This document shows positions 37,698-47,929 of a stretch of DNA of 64,000 nt, piece after piece. The translations under genes and the position numbers were made by a program. The notes under the pieces were generated by a model, which was given only the letters and a program-made list of their open reading frames with translations, was not told the origin of the DNA and made no database searches. The DNA is taken from the NCBI GenBank assembly GCA_028339975.1, contig JAOLDG010000008.1, forward strand, positions 2,154 to 66,153. Reading direction: 5' to 3'. The DNA comes from Hyphomicrobiales bacterium (GTDB lineage Bacteria; Pseudomonadota; Alphaproteobacteria; MED-G09). Numbering within the stretch: the stretch's first letter is position 1; every line of letters begins with the position of its first letter.

Positions 37698-38318
37698 ATG
37701 GGGTTTTACGAAAAGTTTATACTTCCTAGATTCTTAAACTGCGCATGCGCATCGAAACCAATTACATTTCAAAGAAATAAAGTTGTTCCTCTAGCCGAGG
37801 GTAAGATCTTAGAAGTTGGAATTGGATCAGGTTTAAATTTACCTTTTTACGATAAATCTAAAGTTGATGAATTGTGGGGTATAGATCCATCAGAAGAACT
37901 TACTTTGATGGCACAGAAAGTTGCTTTAGAGGAGGGTATTGAAGTAAACTTTATTTCATCAGGTGCAGAAGACATTCCTATGCAAGATGAATACTTTGAT
38001 ACTGTTTTAGTTACCTACACTATGTGTACTATTCCAGATGTTTTAAAGGCTAATAAAGAAATTAAAAGAGTTTTAAAAAAAGACGGTAAACTGATTTTTT
38101 GTGAACATGGGTTATCTCCCGATGAAAAAATACAGAAATGGCAAAATAGAATAAATCCCTTCTGGGGTAAAATAGCTGGAGGTTGTAATATCAATAGAAG
38201 TATTCCTCAATTAATAAGAGATTCTGGGTTTGATATTATTGAAATGGAAGAAATGTATCTCCCTAAAACACCTAAAATTGCAGGATATAATTATTGGGGT
38301 TATGCTTTAATAAGCTAA
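37698..38318 (+). CDS. class I SAM-dependent methyltransferase
   Basis: LEVGIGSG, CTIPD, FCEHG, AGGC motifs. Confidence 0.9.
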   Translation: MGFYEKFILPRFLNCACASKPITFQRNKVVPLAEGKILEVGIGSGLNLPFYDKSKVDELWGIDPSEELTLMAQKVALEEGIEVNFISSGAEDIPMQDEYFDTVLVTYTMCTIPDVLKANKEIKRVLKKDGKLIFCEHGLSPDEKIQKWQNRINPFWGKIAGGCNINRSIPQLIRDSGFDIIEMEEMYLPKTPKIAGYNYWGYALIS

Positions 38319-38457
38319 ATTAATATCTATTTTTAAAATGACGATCTAATTTTGACTGGAATGTCACCAGATATCCTAAATAGCGATTTATTATCATCAA
38401 TTTATGAAATGCCTGTTAAGGTTAATAAAGAAACAAATAATATTAGGTATTATTAAT

Positions 38458-39180
38458 ATGAGCATTAAAAAAGCTAAATATGAAAATGAAGCTATTTCTC
38501 TTATGAGATCTAACGATGTGGCAATACTTTCAACATTATCAAAAAAACAAGATGAATATCCATTTGGAAGCTTTGTCACTTACTGCTCTGGGATTGATAG
38601 ATCTATCTATATTTATGCAAGTGATATTGCCGAACACACAAGAAATATTAAGAATAATCCAAAATCTTGTTTAACAATTTTCAAGATTAACAATGAATTT
38701 GATAAGCAAAATAGTCCAAGGCTAAGTATAATGGGAGATTTGAAGAAAGTAAGTGATAGTGAGGTCGAATATTGCAGTGAAAGATTTATTAAATTCCTAC
38801 CTGATAGTAAGGAATATTCTAAGATGCATGACTTTAATTTTTATAAACTAGATACAACTAAAGTTAGATGGATAGGCGGATTTGGTCAAATAGGGTGGCT
38901 AAAAAATGATAATTGGCTGAAGAAAGATTTAGATTGGTTGGGCAAAGAAAAATCAATGCTAAAACATATGAATGAAGGCCATAGCGATTCACTTTCTGCA
39001 GCTTTATGGTCACTTAAGGGTATTAAGGATGATAAATCAAAAATATTAGCGATTTGTATTGATGGTTATTACGTCCAATCAAATGAAGATATTTATTTTA
39101 TTCAATTTGAGGATATATCCTTTACCTCAGCTGAAATTAAAGATTCTTTAGTTATTCATGCTAAAATGTTTAAACATTAA
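38458..39180 (+). CDS. HugZ-like pyridoxamine 5'-phosphate oxidase family protein
   Basis: YPFGS, S.IAEHTRN, HDF.F, IGGFG, HMN..H motifs. Confidence 0.85.
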   Translation: MSIKKAKYENEAISLMRSNDVAILSTLSKKQDEYPFGSFVTYCSGIDRSIYIYASDIAEHTRNIKNNPKSCLTIFKINNEFDKQNSPRLSIMGDLKKVSDSEVEYCSERFIKFLPDSKEYSKMHDFNFYKLDTTKVRWIGGFGQIGWLKNDNWLKKDLDWLGKEKSMLKHMNEGHSDSLSAALWSLKGIKDDKSKILAICIDGYYVQSNEDIYFIQFEDISFTSAEIKDSLVIHAKMFKH

Positions 39181-39191
39181 CGTTCTTATTT

Positions 39192-39638
39192 TTATTTATT
39201 ATTCCCTCTGATTAAGAAAAATAATCCTAGTACCAATAAAAAAAGTTGTTCACTTGCAAATAAAACCGCACCTCTTTCGCCAATAAAAATACTCCAATGA
39301 GAGTGGCCTATAAATAAAGCATTTATCATAATAATTACTATAGTTAATGCTGAAAATCTTGTTATTAAATTTCCTAAAGTTGAAGATCTTAATGATAAAA
39401 TCCCCCCTATAATCAAACCTAATCCAGACAATATTTCGGCCCAAGCTACAATATAAGCGGATATGTTGGAAAACGGAACTCCCTTTGAGGACAAGAAGTC
39501 AATAAATCCCTGGCTAATTGGTATTTTACCATAACCATGCAAGAAAAAAGATATACCAAGGCAAAACTGGACTAAAAGTTTAACAAAATAGTCTAGGGGA
39601 GAGGTTGCTTTATTTAAAAAGTTATTAATTTTTTCCAT
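39192..39638 (-). CDS. DoxX family membrane protein
   Basis: F.LHGYGK, AEI..G, TR, H pattern. Confidence 0.8.
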   Translation of the reverse strand: MEKINNFLNKATSPLDYFVKLLVQFCLGISFFLHGYGKIPISQGFIDFLSSKGVPFSNISAYIVAWAEILSGLGLIIGGILSLRSSTLGNLITRFSALTIVIIMINALFIGHSHWSIFIGERGAVLFASEQLFLLVLGLFFLIRGNNK

Positions 39639-39732
39639 AATTTTCCTCGAATATATAAATAATATGTATAAACTATTTTATTATAAAATATTAACAACAA
39701 AAATAACTATATTTTTTTAATCTAATCAATTC

Positions 39733-40704
39733 ATGAGATCATTAATGTCCTTTTTCAAAAAAAATAACTCTTTTTTCATAAGTCTATCCGCCTCTATACT
39801 ATTTTTTATTGGTTATTTTATTTTAGGTAGTGCCGGTCTTATAACAACTCTTGAGCCCCAGGAATCAATTGGTGATATTTCTCGTTGGTGTGAGAGGGTT
39901 AGTTCGGGCATCTTTAGGGAGCCAGTTAATGCCCTTAGTAATTTGGGTTTTATGTTCATTGGTTTGTTAATTTTTTGGACTTTATCAAAAGATAAAGAGG
40001 GTAATGAGAACCAATTCATTGGCCTGACAACTATCTCAATTTTATATGCAAGTGTAGTAATTTTCTTAGGACCTGGATCGTTACTAATGCATGGTACTCA
40101 TTCATATTGGGGTCAGTGGATTGATAACGTTAGTATGGTTATGTTTATAATTTTACCCTGGCTATTAAATATTAAGCACCTTGCTCGATGGACGGATAAG
40201 ACTTTTTTTGCAACCTACGTCTCAATAGTTATTTCCTTCTCTTTGTTAAGTTGGTTTTTTGGTACCAATATGGGAATTAATCTTGATTTATTCGGAGTCT
40301 CTATTGCTTTATGGGTAATTTCAGAAATTTTATATAGATTTTGGTCACCTTCTCTTAGAGTCTTATCAGGATTTGTCGGCTTTTTCGTTGCTGCAATTTT
40401 TGGAATAATGCCATCGGAAATATTTGGTAATTTAACTGAATACTGGTGGATTATCCTTTTTTGGCTTCCCGCCTTATTTTCTTCAAACAAACCAATGACT
40501 ATAAGAGTCTATTCTCCCTGGTTTTTTTTAGGAATGGGGACTTACATGCTTGCTTTCGTTATATGGCTTCAAGGGTATCCAGGCACAAAGCTATGCAATC
40601 CAGATTCCCTTATTCAACCACATGGAATTTGGCATTTACTAACTGCCTTTTCTACTTTATGCTTTTTTAAATTCTTTAGAACTGAAAAATTAATCACAAA
40701 ATAA
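39733..40704 (+). CDS. ceramidase-domain (CREST-like) membrane protein
   Basis: WCE...REP.NA.SN, GS..MH, D, H..WH motifs. Confidence 0.75.
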   Translation: MRSLMSFFKKNNSFFISLSASILFFIGYFILGSAGLITTLEPQESIGDISRWCERVSSGIFREPVNALSNLGFMFIGLLIFWTLSKDKEGNENQFIGLTTISILYASVVIFLGPGSLLMHGTHSYWGQWIDNVSMVMFIILPWLLNIKHLARWTDKTFFATYVSIVISFSLLSWFFGTNMGINLDLFGVSIALWVISEILYRFWSPSLRVLSGFVGFFVAAIFGIMPSEIFGNLTEYWWIILFWLPALFSSNKPMTIRVYSPWFFLGMGTYMLAFVIWLQGYPGTKLCNPDSLIQPHGIWHLLTAFSTLCFFKFFRTEKLITK

Positions 40705-40774
40705 ATATGACAAAATAAAGCTTTCATTATTGTTAATAATTTGCTGTATATGTTTATAAAAAAGAGGTGTTTAT

Positions 40775-42229
40775 ATGTCTGATGTAGGAATTTCATCAAT
40801 TGCCGGATACTTACCGCGCCTAAGATTATCAAAAAAGTCTGTTTCCCAAGCAAATGCTTGGTTAGCTCCAAATTTAGTTGGTAAAGGCAAAGGTACTCGG
40901 GCTATGGCTAATTGGGATGAAGATAGTGTAACAATGTCTGTGGAGGCAATTAGACGAATTTTAGGCACGAATGATGATAGATCTCATGTTGATAGTCTTT
41001 TCTTTGCTTCTACAACCATGCCTTTTAGTGATCGTTTAAATTCAGGAATTATTAGAGCAGCATTAACCCTTGAAGAGCAAACAGAATGTATAGATATTGC
41101 TTCAACTCTAAAATCAGGAACATCTGCCTTAATTCAAGCCTTAGATAAGGTTAAAAGTGGTAATAGTAAATATTCAATAGTTTCTGCAGCCGATAAGAGA
41201 AAGGCGAGGGCAGCAAGCCCTCAGGAGCTTGACTTTGGTGATGCCTCAGTAGCCTTGTCCGTTGATACAGATAATTTGATAGCAAAATACATTAATAGTT
41301 CATCATTAAGTATTGATTTTATTGATCATTTTCGTCAACCAGGTGAAGAATTTGATTATAATTGGGAAGAGCGATGGATTCGTGACGAAGGGTTTTTAAA
41401 AATCGTACCCAAAGCTATTAATGATTTATTTGATAAAACTGATATTGATGGCTCTGAAATTGATCATTTTATTATCCCTAGTGTTTTTCCAAGGGTTGAT
41501 CAGATGATTGCTAAAAAATGTGGCATTGATCCTGATAAGGTAGTTGGTAACATGGCTCTTACTGTTGGAAATACAGGATCAGCTCACTCTTTATTAATGC
41601 TAGCCTCGGTTTTAGAAAGGGCAAAGCCTGGAGAAAAAATACTTGTTTGTAGTTTTGGCAATGGCTCGGATGCAATACTTTTTGAGACAACCGATAATAT
41701 AAAAAACTTTAAACCTCATCAAACAATTGAAAATCTTATTGAGACCGGTGTTGAAGAGAATAATTATTTAAAATATTTAACTTTTAATGATCTTGTTAAG
41801 TGGGAAAAGGGTATGCGAGGCGAACAAGATCGTAAAACAGCCCTAACAACTCTTTATCGTCATAATGATGCAATAATGGGTCTAGTTGGGGGTAAATGTT
41901 CAAAAACTGGTACAATTCAATACCCTGCATCACCAATATCTGTAAGTCCAAATAGTCCTGAATTAAATACACAACAGCCTTATAAGTTTGCTGAAAGGAA
42001 GGCCAAGATTTTATCCTGGTCTGCTGATTACCTATCCTTTTCTATAAATCCCCCTAATCATTATGGTGTAGTTGATTTTGAGGGCGGTGGAAGGATTATG
42101 ATTGATTTTACTGATATTGAAAAAGGTGAAATTGATTCAGGAATGGAAGTAAAAATGGTTTTCAGAGTAAAAATTGTTGATGACATAAGGGGTTTTACTA
42201 GATATTTCTGGAAAGCAATTCCAGTTTAA
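40775..42229 (+). CDS. HMG-CoA synthase-like protein fused to DUF35 OB-fold domain
   Basis: DEDSVTM.VEA, GD, GNTG; C-terminal F.GGGR...D...G.EVKMVFR...YFWKA. Confidence 0.85.
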   Translation: MSDVGISSIAGYLPRLRLSKKSVSQANAWLAPNLVGKGKGTRAMANWDEDSVTMSVEAIRRILGTNDDRSHVDSLFFASTTMPFSDRLNSGIIRAALTLEEQTECIDIASTLKSGTSALIQALDKVKSGNSKYSIVSAADKRKARAASPQELDFGDASVALSVDTDNLIAKYINSSSLSIDFIDHFRQPGEEFDYNWEERWIRDEGFLKIVPKAINDLFDKTDIDGSEIDHFIIPSVFPRVDQMIAKKCGIDPDKVVGNMALTVGNTGSAHSLLMLASVLERAKPGEKILVCSFGNGSDAILFETTDNIKNFKPHQTIENLIETGVEENNYLKYLTFNDLVKWEKGMRGEQDRKTALTTLYRHNDAIMGLVGGKCSKTGTIQYPASPISVSPNSPELNTQQPYKFAERKAKILSWSADYLSFSINPPNHYGVVDFEGGGRIMIDFTDIEKGEIDSGMEVKMVFRVKIVDDIRGFTRYFWKAIPV

Positions 42230-42275
42230 TAATTTAAGTTTTTATACTATAGTTAATAAAAAAATGGAGAGTTCT

Positions 42276-43478
42276 ATGGCTACTGGCATTAGAGATAAGG
42301 TTGCAATACTTGGTATGGGGTGTTCTAAATTTGGAGAACGTTGGGATGCAAGTCCTGAAGACTTAATGGTTGAGTCTTATGTTGAAGCTATGGATGATGC
42401 TGGAATTGAGCCAAATCAACTTGACGCAGCATGGTTCTCTCATCATATAGATGATATTGGAGCAGGTAAGGGAGGAACCCCTATGTCGATAGCCCTAAGG
42501 CTTCCTAATATTGCCGTTACAAGAGTTGAAAACTATTGTGCCTCTGGCTCTGAAGCTTTTAGAGGAGCTGTATACGCTGTAGCTGCAGGTGCTGCGGATA
42601 TTGCTATCGCCGTTGGAATGGAAAAACTTAAAGATACTGGTTTTGGTGGTTTGTCGCCAACAAATTACGGAACTCTTACGCCACAAATTGGTCCATCAGG
42701 TTCTGCACCAGGGAATTTTGCTCAACTAGCAACTGCCTATAGAGCCAAACATAATGTTTCTGCCGAAGACTTGAAAAGAGCGATTGCTCATGTATCAGTT
42801 AAAAGTCATGCAAATGGAGCAAAAAATCCAAAAGCTCACCTTCAGAAAGTTGTTACTGAAGAGCAAGTTCTTAATGCACCAATGATCGCTGAGCCTTTAG
42901 GCTTATTTGATTGCTGTGGTGTTTCAGATGGAGCTGCCGCCGCAATTGTTACTACTCCAGAAATAGCCAGAAGCTTAGGTAAAGATAATTTGATTTCTGT
43001 TAAAGCTCTTCAGCTTTCAGTTTCGAACGGTTTAGAAAATCAACATAATAGTTGGGATGGTTCTTATTTTCATACTGTGAGGATTGCTGCTAAAAAGGCT
43101 TATGCTGAAGCTGGAATTACAAAGCCTCGTGAACAAGTTTCAATGATGGAGGTTCATGATTGTTTTTCAGTGACTGAGCTTGTTACCATGGAAGATCTCT
43201 TTATTTCAGAAGAAGGTGCTGCAGTAAAAGATGTTATGGATGGTTTTTACGATGCTGATGGTAAGATTCCATGTCAAATTGATGGTGGATTAAAATGTTT
43301 TGGGCATCCAATTGGTGCTTCTGGTCTTAGAATGCTTTATGAGATGTATCTGCAGCTGCAGGGTAAGGCCGGGCCAAGGCAATTAGCAAATCCATCAATT
43401 GGCCTAACGCATAATTTAGGTGGCCAACCAGCTAATAATGTTTGCTCTATTGCTATCATTGGTGCTCACGACGCCTAG
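42276..43478 (+). CDS. SCP2-type thiolase / acetyl-CoA acetyltransferase
   Basis: ENYCASG, EVHDCF, GHPIGASG, HNLGG motifs. Confidence 0.92.
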   Translation: MATGIRDKVAILGMGCSKFGERWDASPEDLMVESYVEAMDDAGIEPNQLDAAWFSHHIDDIGAGKGGTPMSIALRLPNIAVTRVENYCASGSEAFRGAVYAVAAGAADIAIAVGMEKLKDTGFGGLSPTNYGTLTPQIGPSGSAPGNFAQLATAYRAKHNVSAEDLKRAIAHVSVKSHANGAKNPKAHLQKVVTEEQVLNAPMIAEPLGLFDCCGVSDGAAAAIVTTPEIARSLGKDNLISVKALQLSVSNGLENQHNSWDGSYFHTVRIAAKKAYAEAGITKPREQVSMMEVHDCFSVTELVTMEDLFISEEGAAVKDVMDGFYDADGKIPCQIDGGLKCFGHPIGASGLRMLYEMYLQLQGKAGPRQLANPSIGLTHNLGGQPANNVCSIAIIGAHDA

Positions 43479-43849
43479 GGTTTATTTTTTTCATCTAAAA
43501 AGCTCGAATAATTTGGTTGATCAATCTCAAGTTTTTCCATTGTTGTTTTAAATAAATGATCGATTAACTCGTTATTATCGATATCAATATTATTATTATC
43601 TATCTTTGAGCAAAGAATTTTATTCATTTCCTTAATTGTTTTGTCAGTTTTTAGGATTTTTGATAATCGATCTTTTTCTTTCTCACTAGAGACCTCTTCT
43701 AGTTTGAGTTGTCTAAGAACTATATTTAACGAATTTTTAGCAACATGAGCATGGAATCTTTTTTGCCCTTTTAATTCTTGAATGATGTCATTTTCTAAAA
43801 ATTCAATAATCGAAACAATTAGATCCTCTTTTGAAGGTGGATTAATCAT
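43475..43849 (-). CDS. DUF6285-like protein
   Basis: P....L...V..FL, FHA.VA.N, KL.IDQPNY pattern, downstream of an APH-family gene. Confidence 0.75.
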   Translation of the reverse strand: MINPPSKEDLIVSIIEFLENDIIQELKGQKRFHAHVAKNSLNIVLRQLKLEEVSSEKEKDRLSKILKTDKTIKEMNKILCSKIDNNNIDIDNNELIDHLFKTTMEKLEIDQPNYSSFLDEKNKP

Positions 43850-44900
43850 TGTCTTGCTCCCTAGTTATCAATCTTAAAAGATCTATTTCTGTTTCTGATA
43901 CTCTTCTTCCAATTGAAGCTCTATCAACACTTCTATCGTAACCAGAATTATATATATTATACATTTTTAAACACATAATACCCCACTTTAAACTACCCAT
44001 AACTTCCCAGAATTTTAAAGAATCTTTGTTAAGTGTTTTTCCAGATATTTTTTGATAGGATTTATAAAAATCAATTCTTTTTCCAAACCCACCAACAGGT
44101 AGTTTTATTTTTCCAAATCGCCAACTATTCACACACATCCAGGCCAAGTCTTCATGCATATCACCTACATGAAGTAACTCCCAGTCAAGAACAGATGTAA
44201 TTCCCTTGTTGGGAGATACTAGTATATTGCCATTTCGAAAGTCCCCATGAAGAAGGCTCTTCTCATTGTCTTTGTTAGGAAGGTTATCTTCTAGCCATTT
44301 AAATGCCATATTGAAGACCGGAATGCTTAAAGAGAAATCTTTATAAACTTCTCTATATTTTATTAGTTCATCATTTGCCATTGAGGTATTCAAATTTTTA
44401 ATTTGAGAAAAGGGAATTGAGTGAATTTTAGCTAATATACTACCAGCCTGTGAGGCTAGGCTTGGATTTAATTCATGTATTTGAGTGTTTTGAACTATTT
44501 TATTTCCAAGTGACATTCCCTCAACAAATTCCATAAAAAATCCCTCACCAAGAATTGACTTATTATTTAATTTATAGATAATTTTAGGTACCGGAATGTT
44601 ATTGTTATATGCAATTTCCATTACCGATGCCTCTATTGATAAAGACAGAGGAGGGTATAGGTTGCTTTTGTCTTTAATGCCTGAATGATGGCGCCTTAGG
44701 ATGATTTTTTCTTCTTTATTGTTATCAAAGTAGTTAATTACCAAGGTTTCATTACTAGAACCTCCTGGAAGTTTTCCAATTTTTGATATTGAATTAAACT
44801 TTCTATCCTTATGAATTAAATATTCTTTAATCTGAAATTTTTTATCATTCATATTTATCAGTTTTGTAATAGTTTTTAATATAATCATTTTATGGTACAA
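43842..44900 (-). CDS. aminoglycoside phosphotransferase family protein (ACAD10-like)
   Basis: GGSS.ET, HGDFRNGN, LDWEL.H.GD..EDLAW motifs. Confidence 0.88.
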   Translation of the reverse strand: MYHKMIILKTITKLINMNDKKFQIKEYLIHKDRKFNSISKIGKLPGGSSNETLVINYFDNNKEEKIILRRHHSGIKDKSNLYPPLSLSIEASVMEIAYNNNIPVPKIIYKLNNKSILGEGFFMEFVEGMSLGNKIVQNTQIHELNPSLASQAGSILAKIHSIPFSQIKNLNTSMANDELIKYREVYKDFSLSIPVFNMAFKWLEDNLPNKDNEKSLLHGDFRNGNILVSPNKGITSVLDWELLHVGDMHEDLAWMCVNSWRFGKIKLPVGGFGKRIDFYKSYQKISGKTLNKDSLKFWEVMGSLKWGIMCLKMYNIYNSGYDRSVDRASIGRRVSETEIDLLRLITREQDND

Positions 44901-44907
44901 ACTAATT

Positions 44908-45552
44908 ATGGCAAAGAATAAAGATTCTAAAATAAAATTAAAACCAAAATTCTTTGGTAAAATTCGAACATATTTCCTAACAGGGATTGTTGTTGCGGCT
45001 CCTATTACAGTTACTGGTTGGGTTACTTTATGGTTTATTCAAGCTGTTGATGGATGGTTTTCTCCATTTGCACCAAACGGTTTTGAAACACTTCCATTAG
45101 GTATACCTGGCTTTGGTATAATTTCAGCTTTTGTTATCCTTACTTTACTTGGCGCCTTAACGACTAATTTTTTTGGTAAATCAATAATTGGATACGGAGA
45201 AAGATTAGTTGATAGACTTCCGGTTATTAGAAATATATATGGTGCTTTAAAACAAATTTTTCAAACAATCGCTTCAAAAAGTGAAAATAATTTTCAACGT
45301 GTTGTAATGCTTGAGTATCCAAAAAAAGATTGCTGGGCAATTGCTTTTGTAACAACAGAAGCAAAAGGTGAGATAGCCGCTAAGCATAAAAAAGAATTAA
45401 TATGTGTATTTTTACCTACCACACCAAATCCTACATCAGGATTTCTTTTGTTCGTTCCTAAAGATGATGTTATCGAGCTCGACATGACGGTAGAAAGTGC
45501 AGCAAAATTAATTATTTCTGCAGGACTAGTTATGCCTGAAAAGATCAATTAG
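44908..45552 (+). CDS. DUF502 family protein
   Basis: YFLTG, P.IR.IY..KQ, EYP, PTTPNPTSG motifs. Confidence 0.92.
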   Translation: MAKNKDSKIKLKPKFFGKIRTYFLTGIVVAAPITVTGWVTLWFIQAVDGWFSPFAPNGFETLPLGIPGFGIISAFVILTLLGALTTNFFGKSIIGYGERLVDRLPVIRNIYGALKQIFQTIASKSENNFQRVVMLEYPKKDCWAIAFVTTEAKGEIAAKHKKELICVFLPTTPNPTSGFLLFVPKDDVIELDMTVESAAKLIISAGLVMPEKIN

Positions 45553-47654
45553 CCGGCATCTAAGTATTTTAATGCCTCTTCTTTGTTAAAGAGGTGCAAA
45601 AGTATCTTTAAATTTTTCCCTCTATCAGAGTTATTGAGAAGGTTATTTTCTATTATATAGTTTGAATCATTTCTTGCTGTTTCCAATAAGTCTCTATCGG
45701 TGGATAAATTAGCTATTTTAAAATACGGTAAACCAGATTGTTTTGTTCCTAATACTTCGCCAGCACCCCTTAAGATAAGATCTTCTTCGGCAATAATAAA
45801 CCCATCGTCAGTTTCCCTTAAGGTTTCAATTCTCTTTTTTGCATTTTCTCCAAGGGGGGATCGATAAAGAAGTAAACAACTGGATGCTTTATCACTTCTT
45901 CCTACTCTCCCTCTTAGCTGGTGAAGTTGGGAAAGACCAAATCTTTCAGAATGTTCTATGATCATAAATGTAGCGTCAGGGACATCTATTCCAACTTCTA
46001 TTACAGTTGTTGCCACGAGAATATTTTTATTACCATATTTAAATTCCTTCATAGTCTCTTCTCTTTCTTCAATTGACATCCTGCCATGAACCAATCCAAC
46101 CCTATTGCCGTATATGTTTTTAAGTGATGCAAAGCGATCCTCAGCTGCTGCTAAATCAATTTTTTCTGATTCCTCTATTAAAGGGCATACCCAATATGCC
46201 TTTTCACCATTCTCCATTAGTCTTTTTAAAGATTCTGTTGCCTCATCAACCTTACTCAATGGCTTTGCAATTGTTTTAATTGGTTTTCTACCAACTGGTT
46301 TATCTAAAAGCCTTGATACCTGCATTGAACCATAAGCTGTTAATTCTAGTGTTCTTGGTATTGGTGTTGCGCTCATTATTATAATATCGGGAGGATTGTT
46401 AGAATTTTTCGACGTTAGTGATAATCTCTGATGGACACCAAACCTATGCTGCTCGTCAATAACGACCAACCCTAAATTATGAAAAGAAATTTTATCTTGA
46501 AAGAGAGCATGTGTTCCCAATATTATATCAATATCACCCGCACTAAGATCATGAACTATTCTCTCCCTGTCTAATCGTTTAGTTTTCCCCGTTAGTATTT
46601 CTACTTTAATATTTGATTTTAAACATAAGTTCTTAATACTTTCAAAATGCTGTCTTGCTAAAAGTTCAGTAGGTGCCATCATAGCAGCTTGTTTTGAGTT
46701 ACCTGAAGCTTGAAATAAAGCTGCAAGAGCAACTATAGTTTTTCCTGAACCAACATCGCCCTGTAAGAGTCGAATCATTCTATTTGGCCTTTCTAGGCCC
46801 TGAGAAATTTCTTCAATTGCTACTTTCTGTGAGTTAGTTAATTCGAAGGGTATGTTTTTATAAAGTGAATTCAATAAGATATTATTTTTTTTAATACTTT
46901 GGCCAACAGGTGCTTCAAAATTCTTAGCAAGCAATGCTAAAGATAGCTGGTTAGCTAATAATTCATCATATGCTAGCCTTTGTCTTGCGGGATTTTTATG
47001 GTCTATATCACTTTCATTTTTTGGATTATGAGCATTTTTTAAAGCTTCTGAAAAACTTGGCCACTTCATACTTTTATAAAATTCAGCATCCTGCCATTCA
47101 GAAAAATCTGGAATAATATTAATTGCTCTATTAATATGATTTGATATTACTTTATTTGTTAGGCCTTGAGTTAGGCTATAAACTGGCTCTACATTAGGAA
47201 GACTTTTACTTTTAGTCGATAAAACAATATGTTGAGGATGAATTATCTGTTTTTTCTCTTTATAGGCTTCTAATTTACCGCTAACTATAAAATTTTCTCC
47301 AATTGGTAAAAGCTCTTCTAGGTATTGCCTTCTTCCATTAAACCAGATTAAATCTATCTCACCAGTTTCATCTATGCATTTAACCTTATAAGGTAAACCT
47401 CGCCTTTTAGAGGGATTATGCTTAAGGACTGTGACTTCAATTGTAACTATCCGATCTTTTTCTGCGTTAGAAATTGTCGGTGTGTAGCTTCTATCAATAA
47501 TATTGTTAGGTAGGTGCCAAAGAAGGTCAATAATATTTTCACCAATTAAATATTTCAAGCGTAGCTTGAGTCTTGGCCCTATACCTCTTGCTGTTTCAAT
47601 AGGTTTAAATAATTGATCTAGAATCTTTGGTCGCATTGCTCTATTAAAGTACAA
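45549..47654 (-). CDS. recG: ATP-dependent DNA helicase RecG
   Basis: QGDVGSGKT, DEQHRFGV, SATPIPRT, QLRGRVGR motifs. Confidence 0.96.
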   Translation of the reverse strand: MYFNRAMRPKILDQLFKPIETARGIGPRLKLRLKYLIGENIIDLLWHLPNNIIDRSYTPTISNAEKDRIVTIEVTVLKHNPSKRRGLPYKVKCIDETGEIDLIWFNGRRQYLEELLPIGENFIVSGKLEAYKEKKQIIHPQHIVLSTKSKSLPNVEPVYSLTQGLTNKVISNHINRAINIIPDFSEWQDAEFYKSMKWPSFSEALKNAHNPKNESDIDHKNPARQRLAYDELLANQLSLALLAKNFEAPVGQSIKKNNILLNSLYKNIPFELTNSQKVAIEEISQGLERPNRMIRLLQGDVGSGKTIVALAALFQASGNSKQAAMMAPTELLARQHFESIKNLCLKSNIKVEILTGKTKRLDRERIVHDLSAGDIDIILGTHALFQDKISFHNLGLVVIDEQHRFGVHQRLSLTSKNSNNPPDIIIMSATPIPRTLELTAYGSMQVSRLLDKPVGRKPIKTIAKPLSKVDEATESLKRLMENGEKAYWVCPLIEESEKIDLAAAEDRFASLKNIYGNRVGLVHGRMSIEEREETMKEFKYGNKNILVATTVIEVGIDVPDATFMIIEHSERFGLSQLHQLRGRVGRSDKASSCLLLYRSPLGENAKKRIETLRETDDGFIIAEEDLILRGAGEVLGTKQSGLPYFKIANLSTDRDLLETARNDSNYIIENNLLNNSDRGKNLKILLHLFNKEEALKYLDAG

Positions 47655-47657
47655 ATT

Positions 47658-47918
47658 ATGATAAAAGAAACAGAAAATTTTAGAAAAAAATTATTATTTC
47701 GCTCCAGTCACCGGGGTACTAAAGAGATGGATATTATTCTAGGTACATATGCAGAAGAAAATCTTCCAAATATGAATGATATTGAATTAAGAAAATTTCA
47801 AGAATTTCTTAATTTATCAGATCCTGATTTATATAAATGGATTATGTCAGGAGATAAATCTTACTCTGATGAATACAAAGAAATTATAGAAGATATAATC
47901 TCTACCAAAGACCTCTAA
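47658..47918 (+). CDS. sdhE: succinate dehydrogenase assembly factor 2
   Basis: FRS.HRGTKEMD, DPDLY.WI motifs. Confidence 0.9.
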   Translation: MIKETENFRKKLLFRSSHRGTKEMDIILGTYAEENLPNMNDIELRKFQEFLNLSDPDLYKWIMSGDKSYSDEYKEIIEDIISTKDL

Positions 47919-47929
47919 AGATATAATTA

